DNA of 64,000 nucleotides, taken from IMG/VR virus record IMGVR_UViG_2788500300_000002, positions 34,321-98,320 of that record, one strand, 5' to 3'. Below the pieces are notes generated by a model, which saw only the letters and a program-made list of their open reading frames with translations, did not search any database and was not told where the DNA came from. Position 1 is the stretch's first letter. Each line of letters begins with the position of its first letter. A program made the translations under genes and the position numbers. Positions 60,212 to 64,000 of this stretch are shown in pieces. The DNA is from a virus.

Positions 60212-60961
60212 ATGGCACAGCCGAATTTTATACCTGAGCCGTTTGCAATAAACGGCGATAAGAACACTATCCCGGAGAGCACGACGGCGGGCGCGGCGAG
60301 CTGGCAGTTGGGCTTCCCGCCGATAACCGCGCTTCCGCTCGGGGCCGGAGGCGTGGCCCCCGACCGCAAGGACTTCAACGCCGTCCTTTACGCGCTTTCG
60401 GCGCACGCGGTGTTCATGCAGACCGGCGGCGTCTGGACATACGACGCGCAGCAGAGCTACGCGCCTCCCGCGCTGGTCTACGACGATTCCGACGACAATC
60501 TGTATTTCTGCGTCGGAGCCAACGGCCCGAATGGCACGGTGATGGCTCCGCACTCGGACACGACGGGGCAATACTGGCAAAAAATGCCGTGGGGAGATAT
60601 GACGTGGCTGTTTGAGCCTATCCCTACGCGGACGGGCGACACTACTTTCACCGTGGCGGGCGACGCCACAGGCAAGTTCCCGATGGGCAAGCTGCTGCGC
60701 TTCAACTCGTCCGACGCTTATCTCTGCCGCGTCTTCGGTTCGCCGGTCTACGGCAGCGGGCTGACGACGGTCACGGTGTGGTTCGACAACGCTAATAACG
60801 TCATACCGTCGCCGATAACGAGGCTCGAGCGCAGCAGGCTTATCCCAGAGGCTACCGCGCGCGGCGTGGCGCTCGTCACGACGACGCAGTACAGCCAAGA
60901 CCAGATTACAAAGCTGCTGCAAAGCTACTGCTACAGCTCGGTCACTATAAAGGGGGCGTAA
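60212..60961 (+). CDS. Proximal tail fibre/baseplate-attachment protein
   Basis: PEPFA.NGDKNTIP, ASW..GFPP.T, P.RKDFN motifs. Confidence 0.75.
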   Translation: MAQPNFIPEPFAINGDKNTIPESTTAGAASWQLGFPPITALPLGAGGVAPDRKDFNAVLYALSAHAVFMQTGGVWTYDAQQSYAPPALVYDDSDDNLYFCVGANGPNGTVMAPHSDTTGQYWQKMPWGDMTWLFEPIPTRTGDTTFTVAGDATGKFPMGKLLRFNSSDAYLCRVFGSPVYGSGLTTVTVWFDNANNVIPSPITRLERSRLIPEATARGVALVTTTQYSQDQITKLLQSYCYSSVTIKGA

Positions 60962-60964
60962 GAC

Positions 60965-61534
60965 ATGAGCATACCGATGGACGTTGTTTATGTGCCGGAC
61001 GAGTACGGCAATCTAATCCAGACCAGGGTCCCGACCGCAATCGGCTTCCCGACGTGGTTCGCTGGCCCGGAAATCCCGGAGGGCTATCTCTACTGCGACG
61101 GCAGCGAGGTCAACCGCAACGTGTACAAGGAGCTCTTTGCCGCCATAGGCACCACGTGGGGAGCCGGGGATGGTGCGGATACGTTCAACATCCCTGACCT
61201 CAGAGGCATCTTTGTGCGCGGCGACGGCGGGGAGAACAATGCGGATTTGGGAGTGAGGCAGGGTGATGCAATACGGAACATTAAGGGACGGTTGTTTGAT
61301 TATCTATGGCAAGATGTAAACGGTGGTGATGTACCGATATTATCAGCATCTAACAATGGTTGCTTTGGCAACAATACAACTGACACGAATGAAGCGCGAA
61401 GTGTAGCGAACCCAAATACAATCAAATTAACCGGTTATGACGGAATTTTGTTTGACGCTTCGCGTGTTGTCCCCACCGCCGCCGAGAACCGCCCCGTAAA
61501 TGTCGCGTTAAGACCCTGCATCAGATACGTATAG
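60965..61534 (+). CDS. Tail-collar-domain protein, paralogue 1
   Basis: PEGYLYCDGS...ELFAAIGT.WG.GDG..TFNIPDLRG; C-terminal RPVNVA...CIRY. Confidence 0.85.
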   Translation: MSIPMDVVYVPDEYGNLIQTRVPTAIGFPTWFAGPEIPEGYLYCDGSEVNRNVYKELFAAIGTTWGAGDGADTFNIPDLRGIFVRGDGGENNADLGVRQGDAIRNIKGRLFDYLWQDVNGGDVPILSASNNGCFGNNTTDTNEARSVANPNTIKLTGYDGILFDASRVVPTAAENRPVNVALRPCIRYV

Positions 61535-61548
61535 GAGGAAACAAAACA

Positions 61549-61593
61549 ATGACAGTTAGTATATGCAAACGGGGGGGGGGCGCTCCTCCATAG
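61549..61593 (+). promoter_or_regulatory. Leader ORF 1 with G10 tract (MTVSICKRGGGAPP*)
   Basis: RBS AGGAGG, ATG 61549, G10 at 61571-61580. Confidence 0.6.
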
Positions 61594-61640
61594 GACGCAA
61601 CATATAGTTAACATATCCCGCGCGCGGAGGGCGGACTGAG

Positions 61641-62231
61641 ATGCCGGACATCGAGAGCTACGGCGTTGACGAATATGGCCAGTCCTCGGGCGTCAGATCC
61701 AGATCGCGCGTGGGTGACATCGTTTTCTCGCCGCGAGCCACCCCGCGCGCTGGCACGCTGGTCTGCGACGGCTCTGCTGTGTCTCGACAGACGTATAAGG
61801 AGCTGTTTGACTTCCTCGGCGTTTCCTGCGGCGCAGGAGATGGCGAGACTACGTTTAACTTGCCCGACCTACGCGACGTATGGATACTCTGCGCTGGGAC
61901 GGAGCACGAGGCGGGGGACCGTGTCGCGGAGGGGCTGCCAAATTTGACAGGACAAATACAAGCACGTAATTATTCCAACAACTCAGGCTCGCCAATGCCG
62001 CCCAATAACATTGTGGATAGTGGAGTTTATAATGGCGCAGGGTTAATATCCACAGAATTCCAATCAGGGGATGAATGGGGAGACGTTTTGAGCACGGGCA
62101 CCAGCAACACAACCGGGCAAAGGACTACTGTGTTGAGGTTTAACGCACAAAACGACAATGACATCTACGGCGCATCCGACCACGTAACGCCCAAAAGCGT
62201 GGTGTTGACGCCGTGCATAATCTACGAGTAG
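61641..62231 (+). CDS. Tail-collar-domain protein, paralogue 2
   Basis: GTLVCDGS..SRQTYKELF...GDGETTFNLPDLR; C-terminal YGASDHVTP...CIIYE. Confidence 0.85.
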   Translation: MPDIESYGVDEYGQSSGVRSRSRVGDIVFSPRATPRAGTLVCDGSAVSRQTYKELFDFLGVSCGAGDGETTFNLPDLRDVWILCAGTEHEAGDRVAEGLPNLTGQIQARNYSNNSGSPMPPNNIVDSGVYNGAGLISTEFQSGDEWGDVLSTGTSNTTGQRTTVLRFNAQNDNDIYGASDHVTPKSVVLTPCIIYE

Positions 62232-62248
62232 ATAGGAGATATTGAACA

Positions 62249-62305
62249 ATGATACAGCATACACGCAGAAAGTGTACACGGGGGGGGGCAATCCTCCCTA
62301 GTTAG
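62249..62305 (+). promoter_or_regulatory. Leader ORF 2 with G9 tract (MIQHTRRKCTRGGAILPS*)
   Basis: RBS AGGAG, ATG 62249, G9 at 62280-62288. Confidence 0.6.
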
Positions 62306-62347
62306 TAGTCATATAGTAGCCATTTCGCCGCTCTCAGGGAGTGCTGC

Positions 62348-62881
62348 ATGATGGCCCGCGTCAGAGAGTACGGCGTCGACGAGACCGGCGCGCCGAGCAG
62401 CGTACTGCTGGGCTGCGCGATAGGCGACATCATCCCGCACTTCGGCAGCACGCCGCCGCCTGGGACGCTCGTTTGCGACGGCTCGGAAATCTCGCGCGAG
62501 ACCTACCACGAGCTTTATGAGGAGATAGGCGCGCTCTGCGGGCCGGGCGACGGCTCTACGACGTTTAATTTGCCAGACCTGCGCGGGCGGTGGATGGTGG
62601 GCGCTGACACAGAACGCGGTGCGGGCGAAGAGGTAGCGGAGGGGCTGCCGGACATCGTTGGTACAGTTGGATGGGTCAACGACAATTTGTTTACCGTGGC
62701 AAGTGGCGCTTTTTCTGGCGTGCCAGGCAAAAACGACTACGGAGTTATTGCGCAACCGACTTCGAACACGACTCTGTCTAGAGTGAACTTCAACGCTTCA
62801 GCGTCTAACCCTACCTACGGTGCATCCAACCACGTCACGCCCGCGAGCGTGGCAATTTTGCCATGCATCGTTTACGAGTAA
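62348..62881 (+). CDS. Tail-collar-domain protein, paralogue 3
   Basis: GTLVCDGSEISRETY...GDGSTTFNLPDLRG; YGASNHVTP...CIVYE. Confidence 0.85.
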   Translation: MMARVREYGVDETGAPSSVLLGCAIGDIIPHFGSTPPPGTLVCDGSEISRETYHELYEEIGALCGPGDGSTTFNLPDLRGRWMVGADTERGAGEEVAEGLPDIVGTVGWVNDNLFTVASGAFSGVPGKNDYGVIAQPTSNTTLSRVNFNASASNPTYGASNHVTPASVAILPCIVYE

Positions 62882-62903
62882 TAATCACAGGAGGACACAT
62901 ACA

Positions 62904-62939
62904 ATGTTAGCATACTGTAAGTATATACGGGGGGGGTAG
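62904..62939 (+). promoter_or_regulatory. Leader ORF 3 with G8 tract (MLAYCKYIRGG*)
   Basis: RBS AGGAGG, ATG 62904, G8 at 62929-62936. Confidence 0.6.
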
Positions 62940-62982
62940 TCCTCCCCAGTAGTCATCTCTTTGTTGCCGCGGAGGACGCAAG

Positions 62983-63489
62983 ATGATTGGCGTCAGGAGT
63001 GGCATCAATGAGTATGGCCAGCCATCGAAGTTCATACTCTCTGGCTATGTTGGCGAGTTCAAGTATTTCGGTTTCGAGAGCGTTCCGCCGCACTGCCTTG
63101 CCTGTGACGGCAGCGAGGTAAGTCGTGAGACGTACAGCGAGCTTTTCGCGGTGTTCGGCACGATGTATGGGGCCGGTAACGGGACTACGACGTTCAACTT
63201 GCCGGATTTCCGTGGCGCGTTTTTGCGTTGTGTCGGCGGCAATGCAGCTAATTTAGGAGTATTGCAAGATGCTACTCTCGTTGGTCAATATTGTCTTGGC
63301 AACAATGGTTCCCAAATTGCACTTGCTGTGTACCAACGAGATAGCGAAGGGACGCTTCCAAGGGCAAATACATCATACTCATATACACCAATGGGGTATA
63401 TACCACAAAGTGAAATTGTAAGCGGAAATATTGGGTGGACATCTCGGCCACTCAACTATGCAGTCAACATCTGCGTAGTCTACGAATAA
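62983..63489 (+). CDS. Tail-collar-domain protein, paralogue 4
   Basis: CLACDGSEVSRETYSELF...GNGTTTFNLPDFRG; RPLNYAVNICVVYE. Confidence 0.85.
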   Translation: MIGVRSGINEYGQPSKFILSGYVGEFKYFGFESVPPHCLACDGSEVSRETYSELFAVFGTMYGAGNGTTTFNLPDFRGAFLRCVGGNAANLGVLQDATLVGQYCLGNNGSQIALAVYQRDSEGTLPRANTSYSYTPMGYIPQSEIVSGNIGWTSRPLNYAVNICVVYE

Positions 63490-63519
63490 TCTAAAAATCC
63501 CGAAAGGAGCAAATTGAAT

Positions 63520-64000
63520 ATGAGCAACAATCAGCAGGCGGAGAGACCCGCCGCACCAGTCATATACACCTACGACAAGACCACCGGCGAGTACAAGCCG
63601 GAGGCAAAGGCCACGTGCCAGTGGTCACCTCGCGAAAATAAGTGGCTTATCCCCGCAGCGGCCACGACCACAGAGCCGCCGACCGCGGGCGAGAAGCAGG
63701 CCGCGTGCTTTGACGCAGCCTCCAAAGCGTGGACGCTCATGCCCGACCACCGCGGCGAGAAGTGGTACGACAAGGCCACGCGCGAGCTGCACGAAATCAA
63801 GGACATCGGCGTCGAGCCTGACGAAACCGTATGGACACAGACCGAACCGAAAGACGGTGAATCCGTCTGGGACGAGGAAACCGGCGGCTGGGTAATCCCG
63901 CCCGAAGTGCAGGAGCGCCGCAACCTCGCAGAGGCACAGCGGCAGGCCAACGACATAATCACAGCCGCCATGCAGCGCAGCGCCGTGCAGACGATGTCAT
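63520..64000 (+). CDS. Tail fibre assembly protein (3'-truncated by the window edge)
   Basis: YTYDKTTGEY...WLIPAAATTTEPP...W...PDHRGE; RBS AAAGGAG; open to the window end. Confidence 0.75.
   Translation, partial: MSNNQQAERPAAPVIYTYDKTTGEYKPEAKATCQWSPRENKWLIPAAATTTEPPTAGEKQAACFDAASKAWTLMPDHRGEKWYDKATRELHEIKDIGVEPDETVWTQTEPKDGESVWDEETGGWVIPPEVQERRNLAEAQRQANDIITAAMQRSAVQTMS

Larger units (their letters stand above)
13599..64000. mobile_element. Prophage 2 (temperate myovirus) integrated at the tRNA-Leu 3' end; extends beyond the window
   Basis: Integrase next to the tRNA, followed by canonical lysogeny, replication, packaging, head, sheath/tube, baseplate and fibre modules. Confidence 0.92.

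Noticed and set aside
60965-63489. Diversity-generating retroelement or shufflon
   Set aside because: No reverse transcriptase, no TR/VR pair with adenine-specific mismatches, no invertase, and all cassettes are co-oriented. A recombinase beyond the window edge cannot be excluded.

Overview
Two prophages flank a 2.7-kb host island made of tRNA-Val(CAC, minus strand), feoB, feoA and tRNA-Leu(TAG, plus strand). 1-10870 is the right end of a podovirus-like prophage: giant virion protein, T7-type collagen tail fibres, Phd/Doc, two endolysins, holins and spanins. It abuts the 3' end of tRNA-Val. 13600-64000 is most of a temperate myovirus integrated at tRNA-Leu: integrase, accessory genes, cI/cro, replication, nucleotide metabolism, HicAB, methylase, packaging, head, contractile tail and baseplate. 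Its right end lies outside the window. The most striking features are these. (1) A 322-aa intein in the MuF head gene whose likely nuclease gene is encoded ANTISENSE and codon-aligned, with its own RBS (formed by the intein HVYNL motif) and an extended -10 promoter. (2) Four tandem tail-collar paralogues, three preceded by a short leader ORF with a poly-G tract and an anti-SD element. One tract length extends the leader to the downstream start codon, suggesting phase-variable translational coupling. (3) A complete Fst/par-like type I TA locus inside the tail operon. (4) An orphan MazE-like C-terminal peptide. Family assignments come from recalled motifs and synteny; no database search was run.
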